Shown here: positions 34,323 to 45,528 of the stretch, piece by piece | Layout of the letters: each line of letters opens with the position of its first letter | How positions within the stretch are numbered: the first letter of the stretch is position 1 | Assembly: GCA_963840175.1 (NCBI GenBank) | Contig: CAWIXU010000004.1 | Coordinates: 9,288-73,287 of the forward strand | Origin: an uncultured Acidimicrobiia bacterium | GTDB lineage: Bacteria > Actinomycetota > Acidimicrobiia > Spongiisociales > ZC4RG35 | Direction of reading: 5' to 3' | DNA: 64,000 bases | The notes under the pieces: model-generated | Database searches by the model: none | Told to the model about the DNA's origin: nothing | What the model saw: only the letters and a program-made list of their open reading frames with translations | Translations under genes and position numbers: made by a program

Positions 34323-34535
34323 ATGGACTGCCCCCAATGTGGCGTCGTCGACGTCATCGAGATCAAGCATCGCCTGCCCGACGGCAGCGAGGTCCAGTTC
34401 TTCTCATGCCACAAGTGCGAGGAGAAGTGGTGGGACCGCTCCGGCGACCAGATCAATCTGACCCAGGTGCTCGAGCTGGTTCGCAAGGTCCCGGTCCTGA
34501 CGCACCTGATGCCGGGGAATCTGCGATGCAGCTAG
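34323..34535 (+). CDS. Small four-Cys zinc-ribbon protein.
   Basis: MDCPQCGVVDVIEIKHRLPDGSEVQFFSCHKCEEKWWDRSGDQ. Confidence 0.4.
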   Translation: MDCPQCGVVDVIEIKHRLPDGSEVQFFSCHKCEEKWWDRSGDQINLTQVLELVRKVPVLTHLMPGNLRCS

Positions 34536-34590
34536 CCGGACCACCCTCCGGTACAACGCGCCGTTTCATCCCCTTGATCGTGGGCGTGGG

Positions 34591-36770
34591 TTGCGCTCTT
34601 GGCGATCCTCGCGGTGCTCAACCCCCGGCTCCTCCTCGACGGCCACCACGCCGTCGGGAGGCGACATGGCTGCCCATGTGGCAGTCCCCGCCTATCTCCG
34701 CGATGTTCTGCTCCCGCAGGGCCGAATCCTCGGCTGGTCGCAGGATTGGTTCGCCGGCTATCCGGTCTTCTACTTCTACTTCCCGCTGCCTTCGCTCGTC
34801 ATCGTCCTGCTCGACGTCGTCCTGCCCTACGGCGTCGCCTTCAAAGTCGCCACGATCTCGGGCCTCCTCGCCACCCCGCCAGCCGACTTACTACCTGGCT
34901 CGCAGCCTGCGATTCGGAAGAGCCGGTGTCGACGGTGGCCGCGGCGGGCGGTGCCGCCTTCATCTTCATGGAGAGCTTCACGATCTACGGAGCCAATGTT
35001 CTCTCGACCATGGCGGGCGAGTTCTCGTTCTCGTGGTCGTTGGCCCTCTCGTCTCTTGTATCTCGCTTTTCTGATCCGCTCGATCCGCGACGACCCGAGG
35101 TACGTCCCCTGGCCGGACTCTTTCTGGCCGGCGCGGTCCTCTGCCACATCATCACGATCATCGCTTTCATGGCGGCGAGCCTCGACGGTGCTCCTCTGGA
35201 AAGGGGCCTGCGGCAGGCGCTCAAGGTGTGGGCCATCGGATTCGCCATCAGCCGGGTTCTGGGTGGTCCCGCTGCTTGCCCGTCTCGGGTTCAGCTCCGA
35301 CATGGCGTGGATACCGCTTCGCAGCTGGGATCAGCTGTTCCCGCTCGAGATCTGGCTCCTGCTGCCCGCGCGATCGGCGGAGCCATCTGGGCACTGCGGC
35401 GCACCAACCGCAGGCTTGCCGTTGATGGCGCTGACCCTGCTGCCCGATCATCTACTACCCGCTGCCAATCGTCCTCCCGGACCTGCTCCCCGGGATCTTC
35501 AACGCCCGCTGGAAGCTGTGGAACGGCCGCCTGCTCCCGTTCTGGTATTTCGGGGTCACGTTCTTTGCCGCGATCGGCATCGGCGGCGTTTGCGATGTGG
35601 CTGACGAAGCGCTTCCCCGACCGGGTCTCCGGATTGCTGCCGCGGATCCTGTTCCTCGCAGCCGGGACGGTGGCGGTGATCCTGCTCGCCCGGGAAGAGA
35701 ATGTTCCCAATCCGGTGGTTTGGGCGTGTGGCGATCTGATGCTCGGGGCCTTAGTTGCCTCGATGCTCTGGATGCGAGCCGGTCGATACCCGGTCGTTCC
35801 TGGCCCTGAGCGCAGCCGGGATCCTGGCCTTTGGCGCGCTGGCCGGGATCACGATCATGAACGGATGGGCTCGCTGGAACTACACCGGCTACGAAGGCAA
35901 AGCCAAATGGCCCGAGTACGAGGCGCTGATGACGACAGCGGCCACGACTGGAACCGGGGCGGATTCATTGGGAATACGACGAAGACGATGAACGACTTCG
36001 GCTCGCCGATGGCCCTGATGCTGTTTCCGTACTGGACTCAGGAGGCTTTCGGGTCGATGGAAGGGCTGTTCTTCGAATCGTCGCTCTCGACTCCATTCCA
36101 CTTCCTCAACCAGGCGGAGATGAGCAAGGACCCATCGAGCCCCGATTCCGGGCCTCGACTATCACCGGTTCGACTTCGAACGCGGGCATCCCCCATCTGC
36201 AGATCTTCGGGGTCGACTACTACGTGACCTTCACCCCCGAAGCCACAGGATCTGGCCGACAGCTGGCCGGAACTGACCGAGATCGCCAGCTCACCGGACC
36301 GTTCACCTTCTACGAAGTGGCCGACTCCGCCCTGGTCGAGGCTGCGACTTCCAACCCGCCGTTTACGAAGGCCCCCACAACAGCCTGCCCGGCCCGACTG
36401 GGAGGAGTCGTCGGGATCGGTCCCGGACGAACAGGCGCAACCTTCGAGGAGGTCTCACTCGAGTGGTACGGATGGATGGATCTCCTCGATCGATGGATCA
36501 CCACCGACGGCCCCGCGGATTGGCCGCGGATCACGATCGTCGACCAACTCGGAGCCGGTCTGCTCCGCTGCGGATAACCGAAGCGAAGATCACCGACGTC
36601 GTGATGACCGACGATCGGATCTCGTTCCGCACCGACGCGATCGGGGTGCCCCACCTGGTGAAGGTCTCCTACTTTCCCAACTGGCAGGCCACGGGCGCCG
36701 AAGGGCCCTTCCACGCCGGGCCTTCGCTCATGATCGTGGTTCCGACCAGTCGACGGTGACCCTGCAGTTT
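34591..36770 (+). CDS. Large polytopic membrane protein with a C-terminal soluble domain (GT-C-like envelope glycosyltransferase candidate); frame disrupted.
   Basis: About ten or more transmembrane segments across ORFs 34591..35604 and 34599..36227, then a soluble tail (FTFYEVADSALVEAATSNPPF, VKVSYFPNWQATGAEGPFHAGPSLMIVVP). Confidence 0.45.
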
Positions 36771-36799
36771 GGCAACACGGCCGTCGAGAACCTCGGCTG

Positions 36800-37640
36800 G
36801 ATTCTGACCATCGCCGGACTGGCCGCCGGCCGGGCTCTGCTGCTGGTCAGGAGCCGGGCGAGCCGCAAGCCGCTCGGACGCGGGCTACGCCGTAGCCGAC
36901 GTCCGGCGGTATCCGCCCGCTGAGCGTCCACCACCAGCAGTCGGAGCGTGTCGCGGGCCATCTGCCAGAGCATGCCGCCCCGCACCGGCGCCTGCGGAAG
37001 CGCCCGGTCCCAACTCCACCGGCAGTCTCTTTGATTGAAACCCGCCCGCTGGGCCCGAACCAGCATCTCGAGGTCGTAGGCATATCCATCGATCCGCATC
37101 TGGGGAAGACCTGATCGAGGATCGATCGCCGGAAGATCTTGAGCCCGGTCTGGGTCTCGGGCACGGGCAGCCGAAACAGACCCACCGTCGCCAGCGAAAA
37201 CAGCCGGCTCAGCACTCGCCGGATGAACGGGTAGCGGCCCGTCGCCCATCGAGTCGCGCTTGGCACCGACCAGCACGTCGGCTCGCCCATGTCTTCGAGC
37301 AAGGCCGGCAGCTGCTCGGGCGGAAGGTCGAGATCGGCGTCGAGAAAGACGATCAGGTTCGCCGCGTGGCCCGGGCGCCCGTGAACAGCGCCTGGCCTTT
37401 GCCCCGGTTGACCTCGTGACGGAGGACCCGAACTCCCTCGGCATGTCGCGGTGGCCCGCAGCGCTTCGAGCAGCGTGTTGTCGCGTGCTGCCGTCGTCGA
37501 CCACGACGATCTCCACGGGCCCCATCGCCGACAGGACGGACGCGCACCCGCTCGATGTTGGCGGCGATCACCTGCGAACCCAGGTTGGCAGGCGGCAGGA
37601 CGACGGCGACATCGGACGAGAGGACTGTAGCCATCGAACG
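36800..37640 (-). CDS. Family 2 glycosyltransferase of the polyprenol-phosphate sugar synthase type; frame disrupted.
   Basis: VEIVVVDDGSTD, IVFLDADLDLPPEQLPALLEDM, RRVLSRLFSLATVGLFRLPVPETQTGLKIFRRSILDQV, YAYDLEMLVRAQRAGFN. Confidence 0.6.
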
Positions 37641-37728
37641 GCGTGGAGTGTAAGCATCGGGTCGAAGCCATACAATCACCGGCGACCTCGACCTCAATCC
37701 GCCGAGCCGCCCTGCAAGGCGGCGCACG

Positions 37729-39070
37729 ATGAGCGGAGTTTTCAAGGCCTACGACATCCGAGGGCGAACCGACATCGGTGAGCTCACCCCGGAGCTGGCC
37801 ACGGCGGTCGGAGCCGCTTTTGCCGACCTCACCGGCGCCGAACCAGATCGCGGTCGGGCGGGATTGTCGAGCGTCGTCACCGGCGATGTCGGAGGCACTG
37901 ATCGATGGGATCACCGGCCAGGGGAGCCTCGGTCCTCGCTCTCGGCGAGGTCGCGACCGACTTCGTCTACTACGTCTCCGGCAGCCGGTCGGTCCCCGGG
38001 GTGATGATCACGGCGTCGCACAACCCGGCCGAATACAACGGGATCAAGCTTTGCCGGGAAGGAGCGGCCCCGGTGGGCGAGGACACCGGCCTCAAGGAGA
38101 TCGAGAGGATGGTGGCCGAACCGTCCATGGCCGAGCGACCGTGCGGGGGCATCGGTCGAGACCCTCGATGCCCGCGAGGGCTACGTCAACCATCTGCTCG
38201 CGATCGTCGACGAAGCGGCAATGTCGCGCTGCGAGGTGGCGGTCGACGGCGGGCAACGGCATGGCCGGGGCGGTGGTCGAGGCAGTCTTCGAGCGCATTC
38301 CTCCCACCATCATCGGGCTCTATCTCGAACCCGATGGGACCTTTCCCAATCATCCCGCCGATCCGCTGCAGCCCGAGAACCTGGTCGATGTCATCGCGCT
38401 GGTCAAGCGCGGAGAATGCCGATCTCGGGGTTGCCTTCGACGGCGACGCCGATCGGGCGGTCTTCATCGACGATCAGGGCGAGCCGCTCTCGGGAAGCAC
38501 CACCACGGCCCTGATCGCCCGGTGGTTCCTGGCCCGCCAGCCCGGGGCCACGATCGTCCACAACCTCATCACCTCACGGGCCGTGCCGGAGATCGTCGAG
38601 CTCGCTCGGCGGCAAACCGGTCCGAACCCGGGTCGGTCACTCCTTCATCAAGCAGGTGATGGCCGAGACCGGAGCCGTCTTCGGTGGCGAGCACTCCGGT
38701 CACTACTACTTCGCCGACAACTTCCGGGCCGACTCCGGGATGCTGGCGATGCTGGTGCTCCTCCAGGTCATCTCCGAGTCGGGGAGGAAGCTGTCGGAGA
38801 TCCGGAGCGAAGTCGAGCCGTACTGCCGCCTCGGGCGAGATCAACATTCAGCGTGGCCGATCAGAAGGCTGCCATGGATCGGGTCGAGGAGGAGTTCGCG
38901 GACGCCGAGCTCGACGATCTCGACGGGCTGACGGTCTCGTGGCCCGACCGCTGGTTCAATCTGCGGGCTTCGAACACCGAACCGTTGCTGCGCCTCAACG
39001 TCGAAGGCCCGGACCGACACAGTCGGTCGAAGAGCTGAGCGCGAAGGTCCAAGCCGTGATCGGAGGTGAG
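37729..39070 (+). CDS. pmmA: Phosphomannomutase/phosphoglucomutase; frame disrupted.
   Basis: MSGVFKAYDIRGRTD, MITASHNPAEYNGIKL, and downstream PMM/PGM domain pieces. Confidence 0.75.
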
Positions 39071-39074
39071 CCGA

Positions 39075-39293
39075 TGCCGCTCATTGACCCCGTGCTTGCT
39101 GCGATCATGGTCTGCCCGTTCGATCACGGCGACCTCTTCGAGGACGAGGCCACGTCCCGGCTCGTCTGCGCGGTCTGCGGCCGTGCCTACCCGGTTGACG
39201 ACGGGATACCGATCATGCTCATCGAGGAGGCCGAGCTCCCGGGGGACGGCCCAGCAGAACGGGACGGTCCCGATGCCGGCTGAGGAAATGGAG
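39075..39293 (+). CDS. Trm112-family small protein.
   Basis: MPLIDPVLAAIMVCPFDHGDLFEDEATSRLVCAVCGRAYPVDDGIPIMLIEEAE. Confidence 0.55.
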
Positions 39294-40273
39294 AAGATGA
39301 TCGCCGGTCTTGGCGGACAGCTGCGTTGGGCTGCCGAGCCTGACGCACCGCGACCCGATCCCGGTCCCGGGCGGGTCTGATTGTGGCCGGGATGGGCGGC
39401 TCGGGCATCTCGGGCGATTTGGTCGCGGTGCTGGCGGCGGTGCCCGGTAACCGTCCACAAGAGCTACGGGTTGCCAGCTTGGGCGCGAACCGGCCCCCGG
39501 CTCGTGGTCGCGATGTCCTACACCGGCAACACCGAGGAAACGCTGAGCGCCGTCGAAGCGGCGACCGGCCTTGGGCTGACTCCCGGCGGTGGTCACGCTC
39601 GGGAGGGAAGCTCGGGGAGATGGCCGCGGCCAACGGATGGCCGATCGTCACGGTGCCCGGCGGGCTCCAGCCGCGGGCCGCCCTCGGCTACATGCTCGGG
39701 TCGTCTGCTGCACCTGGTCGAGGATGCGGTCGATCTCAAGCCCGGCGATCTGGCGGCGGCGGCCGACCTGGTCGATCGATCACCGAGCGGGCTCGGGCAC
39801 GACCTGGCAGCCGACCTCGCCGCCGGACTCCACGACCGGATCGCGATCGTCTACGGGATCGGCGGTCTCACCGCTCCGATCGCGCAGCGTTGGAAGACCC
39901 AGATCAACGAGAACGCCAAATGGCCCGCGTGGTGCAACGCGATGCCAGAGCTCGATCACAACGAGATCGTTTCCTGGACCTCGTTGTCGGCGGTGACGAG
40001 CCGCCACGTCGGGATCATCAGCCTCAGCGACGACTCCGAGAGCCCCGGATCGATGGACGCTCGATTCCGCCACACCTCCCGGCTCACCGAGCACGATGTG
40101 CCCTGGGTCGGCGAGGTGTGGTCGCAGGGGGTCAGCCGTCTGGAACGGATGGTGAGCCTCTGCGCCATGGGAGACTTGGTCTCCTCGAGCTGGCCCAGGC
40201 CGGAGGCATCGATCCGGTGCCGCGATACCCGAGCTCGAATCGCTCGAAACAGCTACTCGCCAAGGAGTCCTGA
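39290..40273 (+). CDS. SIS-domain protein (bifunctional phosphoglucose/phosphomannose isomerase-like); frame disrupted.
   Basis: MAGMGGSGISGDLVAVLAA (SIS P-loop-like) and (V)YGIGGLTAPIAQRWKTQINENAKWPAWCNAMPELDHNEI in a second frame. Equivalent to the gene beside pmmA in mycobacteria. Confidence 0.5.
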
Positions 40274-40274
40274 A

Positions 40275-41526
<1,252 letters not shown>

Positions 41527-41558
41527 GCCGAGGCCGGAAGACCAGAAGACCGTTTCTG

Positions 41559-42118
41559 TCTCTCCCCCGGAGGGGGGAGTACCGAAGCGAAGCGGAGGGG
41601 AGGGGGGCGTTATCTCTTAACGACGACGCTCAACCCTCTTCTATCCGGCCCGAAAAGGAACTAGTCGTGAGTGGATGCCAAGACCTGGTCACACCAACCT
41701 CGCCGCGACGAGAGCACGCGACCTTCGAAAGGAAATGACCGTCTCTGAGGCCCGGGTGTGGCAGGTGCTGAAAGGCAGGCAATGCGGGGCCCGGTTTCGC
41801 CGCCAGGTCCCGATCGGTTGTTGGATCGTGGACTTCGCCAGCCTGCGGCCTCGTCTTGTGCTCGAAATTGATGACCAATCACATGACTGGCGCGACGAAA
41901 CGGAGCGCATCGAGTACATCGAGGCGAGGGGCTTTCCGATTCTGCGCCTGACCAATGAATACGTAGCGAAGGATCTAGGTGCTGTTCAGCGAACGATCAG
42001 CTACTGGGTCGCAGACCTCAAAGCAGGACGACGACCGGAATAGGTTTCGAGCTAGAGAAAACGCCCCCCTCGTCTGCCTCCTTCGTCGGCAGCCACTCCC
42101 CCCTCCGGGGGGAGAAAC
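41559..42118 (+). mobile_element. Copy 2 of the inverted-repeat-bounded DUF559 element (intact cargo ORF).
   Basis: Left end TCTCTCCCCCGGAGGGGGGAGTACCGAAGCGAAGCGGAGGGGAGGGGGGCGTT. Right end AACGCCCCCCTCGTCTGCCTCCTTCGTCGGCAGCCACTCCCCCCTCCGGGGGGAGAAAC. Collinear with copy 1. Confidence 0.75.
41675..42043 (+). CDS. DUF559 domain protein (Vsr/restriction-endonuclease-like fold).
   Basis: EARVWQVLKGRQCGARFRRQVPIGCWIVDFASLRPRLVLEIDDQSHDW...RIEYIEARGFPILRLTNEYV is a textbook DUF559 pattern. Confidence 0.8.
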   Translation: MPRPGHTNLAATRARDLRKEMTVSEARVWQVLKGRQCGARFRRQVPIGCWIVDFASLRPRLVLEIDDQSHDWRDETERIEYIEARGFPILRLTNEYVAKDLGAVQRTISYWVADLKAGRRPE

Positions 42119-42421
42119 CGAATTGGGAGACGTGGCCACTCCCCTGCAGGGAGAGCCGAAGGAGAGACAACTAGGCGGTCGACCAGCAGGGGTCGTATTC
42201 GCAGCCGAACTCGAACGGCGGAAGAGTTTGCGGGATCGCCAGCGCCAGCACAACCGTGATTATCGCGAGCACGAGAAAAGCGGTTAAGTCAGTTTTTCGC
42301 GAAGATTGATGGGTGAAGGCACTGAGGTCAGTGCAGACCTTGTACGAAACCAGGGTGATCGCGACCAGATAGAGAACCGTCACCGTGCCCTGCCCCGAGC
42401 CCACATGGGGCGATCATAGAA

Positions 42422-43585
42422 CTACGCCTCCCATACAGCGGGAACCGAACGCGGCTTGCGGAACACCAGACCGGTTGGTCCGTCGACTTCCTGGGCCAGG
42501 CGCAGTCCCGGCCAGTGGTCGAGGGCCGCGTCGAGAGCCGCCAGAGTTTCAAGCTTGGCGAGATGGATGCCAATGCACGCATGCGGACCTTCCGCGAACG
42601 CAAGATGAGTTCGAGCGTTGGCGCGATGAATGTCGAATCGGTCGGGATCGACAAAGACGGACGGATCGCGATTCGCGGCTGTCAAAGAAACGATCACCAA
42701 GTCACCCCGGTTGATCTCTGCCCCGGCCAGCTGCACATCTCTTGTCGCATACCGGTCGACGCGTCCTGCCGCTGGCTCCAACCGAAGCGATTCCTCCATC
42801 GCTTGACGGCCGAGCGACCGATCTTCGATGATCATTTGCAGCTGTTCGGGATGGGTGAGGACATGCCAGAAAAGGCTCGTTGTCATTCCCTCGCTGGTCT
42901 CGATGCCACCGAACATCATCACGGCGGCGTTCGAGACCACCTCTTGCTCACCCAGCTGCCCACTCACTTCGGTCAGAAGCCCGTGCTGGCGGGTAGCGCT
43001 TTCCCGAACTGCGCGCCCGAGATCGCCCATTGCCTCGTGGCCAGCTCCAGTGACGTCTTGACCGGCTGAGATTCGATCGACGTCAGCCACGATCCGCTCG
43101 TACCAGCTGAGAACCGTGTCGACGTCCTCATCGACCAGATCGAGGGCTGCAGTCACCACGGCCACTGCCAGAGGACCGGCCAGCTCACGACGAATTTCGG
43201 CTTGGCCGGTGTCCGCCAAACGTTCGGTAAGGCGGCGCGCCTCTTGATGTACTCGATCAACGAATCGCTCCTTGACTTTTGCATGGACCAGCGCTGCCGC
43301 GAAAGGATCTCGATGTCGACGATGCTCTTCCCCGTCGAGTGACAACATGCTCGGACCGACCACCTGGCCAGTCGAGAAACGAGGGTCATCAACCGTGTAG
43401 GTCTGTGCGTCGCGCATCACTTCAACACAGAGGTCACGCCGGGTCACTAACCACCCATCGAGGGCCGGAACCCAACTCACCGGCTCGTGAGCGCGCAACG
43501 CCGCCAGATGCGGATAGGGGTCACCAGCCAGCTGTTCAAGCGTGACGGCCGCGCCGAGCGGGAATGCCATGAAGCCAATCTTGTC
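42422..43585 (-). CDS. Cytochrome P450.
   Basis: FAEGPHACIG heme loop, EESLR, and N-terminus DPYPHLAALRAHEPVSWVP. The upstream 5' part of ORF 42422..44101 is antisense to comF. Confidence 0.8.
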   Translation of the reverse strand, partial: DKIGFMAFPLGAAVTLEQLAGDPYPHLAALRAHEPVSWVPALDGWLVTRRDLCVEVMRDAQTYTVDDPRFSTGQVVGPSMLSLDGEEHRRHRDPFAAALVHAKVKERFVDRVHQEARRLTERLADTGQAEIRRELAGPLAVAVVTAALDLVDEDVDTVLSWYERIVADVDRISAGQDVTGAGHEAMGDLGRAVRESATRQHGLLTEVSGQLGEQEVVSNAAVMMFGGIETSEGMTTSLFWHVLTHPEQLQMIIEDRSLGRQAMEESLRLEPAAGRVDRYATRDVQLAGAEINRGDLVIVSLTAANRDPSVFVDPDRFDIHRANARTHLAFAEGPHACIGIHLAKLETLAALDAALDHWPGLRLAQEVDGPTGLVFRKPRSVPAVWEA

Positions 43586-43609
43586 ACACCGTTCCGTCAT
43601 GGTGAACCG

Positions 43610-44173
43610 ATGCTTTGTGTGGGCTGCGGAAGGTTGGGCGATGACCTCTGTCGCGCCTGCCGGCAAAATCTGGTGGAGGCGCCCGACCGTTTGCTGGCCT
43701 CCGGATTGCTGGTTCGCTCGTGCTTCGAGCACACGGGCGTCGCCAAAACAGTCGTGCACGCCTTCAAATATCAGGGAAGCGATCGCGCAGGGTGGCTGCT
43801 TGCTCGAGCCCTCGCCTGCCTGCTGCCGCCGACGTGGCACTCTGGTGCCGCTACCTCCGCGAGCTGGCGCACCGTCACTTACGGAGTCGACCCCGCTCGT
43901 GAGCTGGCCAAAAAAGTTTCGTTGCTGACCGGCAGACAGATTTGGATGGGTTTGGAGCCACCATTGCACAGCTCCGCCCAGGCCGGACGCGTACGAACCG
44001 AACGCGACCCTCCGGCGTTTACGGTCAGCGAGGAGCCTCCCACCGACTTGATCCTGATCGACGATGTTGTCACCACTGGCCGAACCCTGATGAGCGCCCA
44101 ACGTTCGCTCGGCCAGGGCGACCGTCCAAAACCGGTTCTTTTGGCCCTGTCCGCGACAGCTACCAGTGACTAG
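43610..44173 (+). CDS. ComF-family phosphoribosyltransferase-domain protein.
   Basis: CVGCGRLGDDLCRACRQ zinc finger and LILIDDVVTTGRTL PRTase motif. Confidence 0.65.
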   Translation: MLCVGCGRLGDDLCRACRQNLVEAPDRLLASGLLVRSCFEHTGVAKTVVHAFKYQGSDRAGWLLARALACLLPPTWHSGAATSASWRTVTYGVDPARELAKKVSLLTGRQIWMGLEPPLHSSAQAGRVRTERDPPAFTVSEEPPTDLILIDDVVTTGRTLMSAQRSLGQGDRPKPVLLALSATATSD

Positions 44174-44228
44174 TCTTTTCTCGGGAGTGTCGATAGTCCA
44201 AGTGCCAAAAGCTCTATTGGGGGAGTGA

Positions 44229-44765
44229 ATGGAAGTTCGTGTTCATACGCGTAACACCAGCATCGACGATCGGGTCAGGGAACTAGCCGCCGAAAAGCTC
44301 GGCCACGCCGCGCGGGTGTTCGAAAGCCAGGTGGCCGACATGGATGTCGAGTTCTCCGAGGAGCACAACCCCCGCCTGGCAGCCGAGCGCTACCGCCTCG
44401 AGGTCACCACGGCGGCAGCTGGCAAGGTGATCCGGGTGGTTTCAACGGCGGCCTCGGCCGAAACGGCCGTTGATCAGGCCGTGGACCGCCTCAACCTCCA
44501 ACTACGGCGTCTTAAAGGGAAATTGATCGAAAAACACCGGAAACACGCCGTCCATGACGGTTTGGTCGAGCCTCCCACAGAACCCACGAACGAGATTGTT
44601 CGTATCAAGCAATTCGTTATGAAGCCGATGACCGTAGAGGAAGCAGTGCTGCAGATGGAGTTGCTTGGTCATGACTTTTTCTTCTTTCACAACGACGGCA
44701 CCCAGCGCCAGAGCGTGCTGTATCGCCGTCGGGACGGTCAATTGGGTTTGATCGAATCAGCGTGA
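44229..44765 (+). CDS. hpf: Ribosome hibernation-promoting factor, long form. Intact.
   Basis: MEVRVHTRNTSIDDRVRELAAEKL and C-terminal domain FFFFHNDGTQRQSVLYRRRDGQLGLIE. Confidence 0.85.
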   Translation: MEVRVHTRNTSIDDRVRELAAEKLGHAARVFESQVADMDVEFSEEHNPRLAAERYRLEVTTAAAGKVIRVVSTAASAETAVDQAVDRLNLQLRRLKGKLIEKHRKHAVHDGLVEPPTEPTNEIVRIKQFVMKPMTVEEAVLQMELLGHDFFFFHNDGTQRQSVLYRRRDGQLGLIESA

Positions 44766-45418
44766 AGAATCCGACTGTTCTTGTTGTCGACGACGCGCCT
44801 ATTTTTCAGGCGGGTTTGGCGGCTGCCCTCAAAGTGGAGGGCTTCGACGTCGTGGCGATTGCCTCCGATGCCCTCACTGCAATTGCTGAAGCCCGCCGTC
44901 ACCGCCCGGCTCTGGTTGTTCTGGACGTGTTGATGCCGGGGATCTCGGGTCTCGATGTCGTTGACAAGATCACCGACGCCTCGCCGGGAACCAAGGTTGT
45001 GCTGCTGACGTCGAGCGACTCCGAGGAGGACTTGCTCACGGCGATCAAGGCAGGAGCTTCCGGCTACATCATCAAAGACACGCCATTCCCCAAGCTGGTG
45101 GCGGCGATGAATGAAGTCGTCAAAGGGGGAGCCGTAGTGTCGCCCAAGCTTGCGGCCCGGCTCTTTGATGTGGTGGCCCATCTGCTGCGCAATCGGGATC
45201 TCAACGCCACCCGCCGGCCCTCTCTCACCGGTCGCGAGGTGGAGATCCTGCAATGGATCGCCGATGGTCGAACCTCGCGCGAGATAGGCGAACAGCTCTA
45301 CATCTCCGAGAACACCGTCAAGAACCACGTCCGCAACATCTTGGACAAGCTGGGGATGCAGTCCCGGCACGAAGCGGTCCGCTACGCCGAACACGCGGGA
45401 CTTCTGAATCGCCGATAG
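44762..45418 (+). CDS. NarL/LuxR-family response regulator (REC + HTH). Intact, with no adjacent kinase.
   Basis: VLVVDDAPIF...LVVLDVLMPG (phospho-acceptor Asp region) and LTGREVEILQWIADGRTSREIGEQLYISENTVKNHVRNIL. Confidence 0.85.
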   Translation: MKNPTVLVVDDAPIFQAGLAAALKVEGFDVVAIASDALTAIAEARRHRPALVVLDVLMPGISGLDVVDKITDASPGTKVVLLTSSDSEEDLLTAIKAGASGYIIKDTPFPKLVAAMNEVVKGGAVVSPKLAARLFDVVAHLLRNRDLNATRRPSLTGREVEILQWIADGRTSREIGEQLYISENTVKNHVRNILDKLGMQSRHEAVRYAEHAGLLNRR

Positions 45419-45426
45419 GCGATTCA

Positions 45427-45506
45427 GAGACGTCAGACATCAGACGTCAGACATCAGACTGGGATTCCATCTGAAGTCTGAAATCTGATGTCTGATGTCT
45501 TCTCAC
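45427..45506. repeat. Imperfect palindrome of tandem GTCAGACAT-type units (33 bp arms, 16 bp loop) between the response regulator and secA. Candidate bidirectional terminator/REP-like element.
   Basis: GAGACGTCAGACATCAGACGTCAGACATCAGAC-tgggattccatctgaa-GTCTGAAATCTGATGTCTGATGTCTTCTCAC. The arms match those at 17741-17775 and 18620-18656. Confidence 0.8.
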
Positions 45507-45528
45507 CCCCGATACCATTCCGGCCTGA

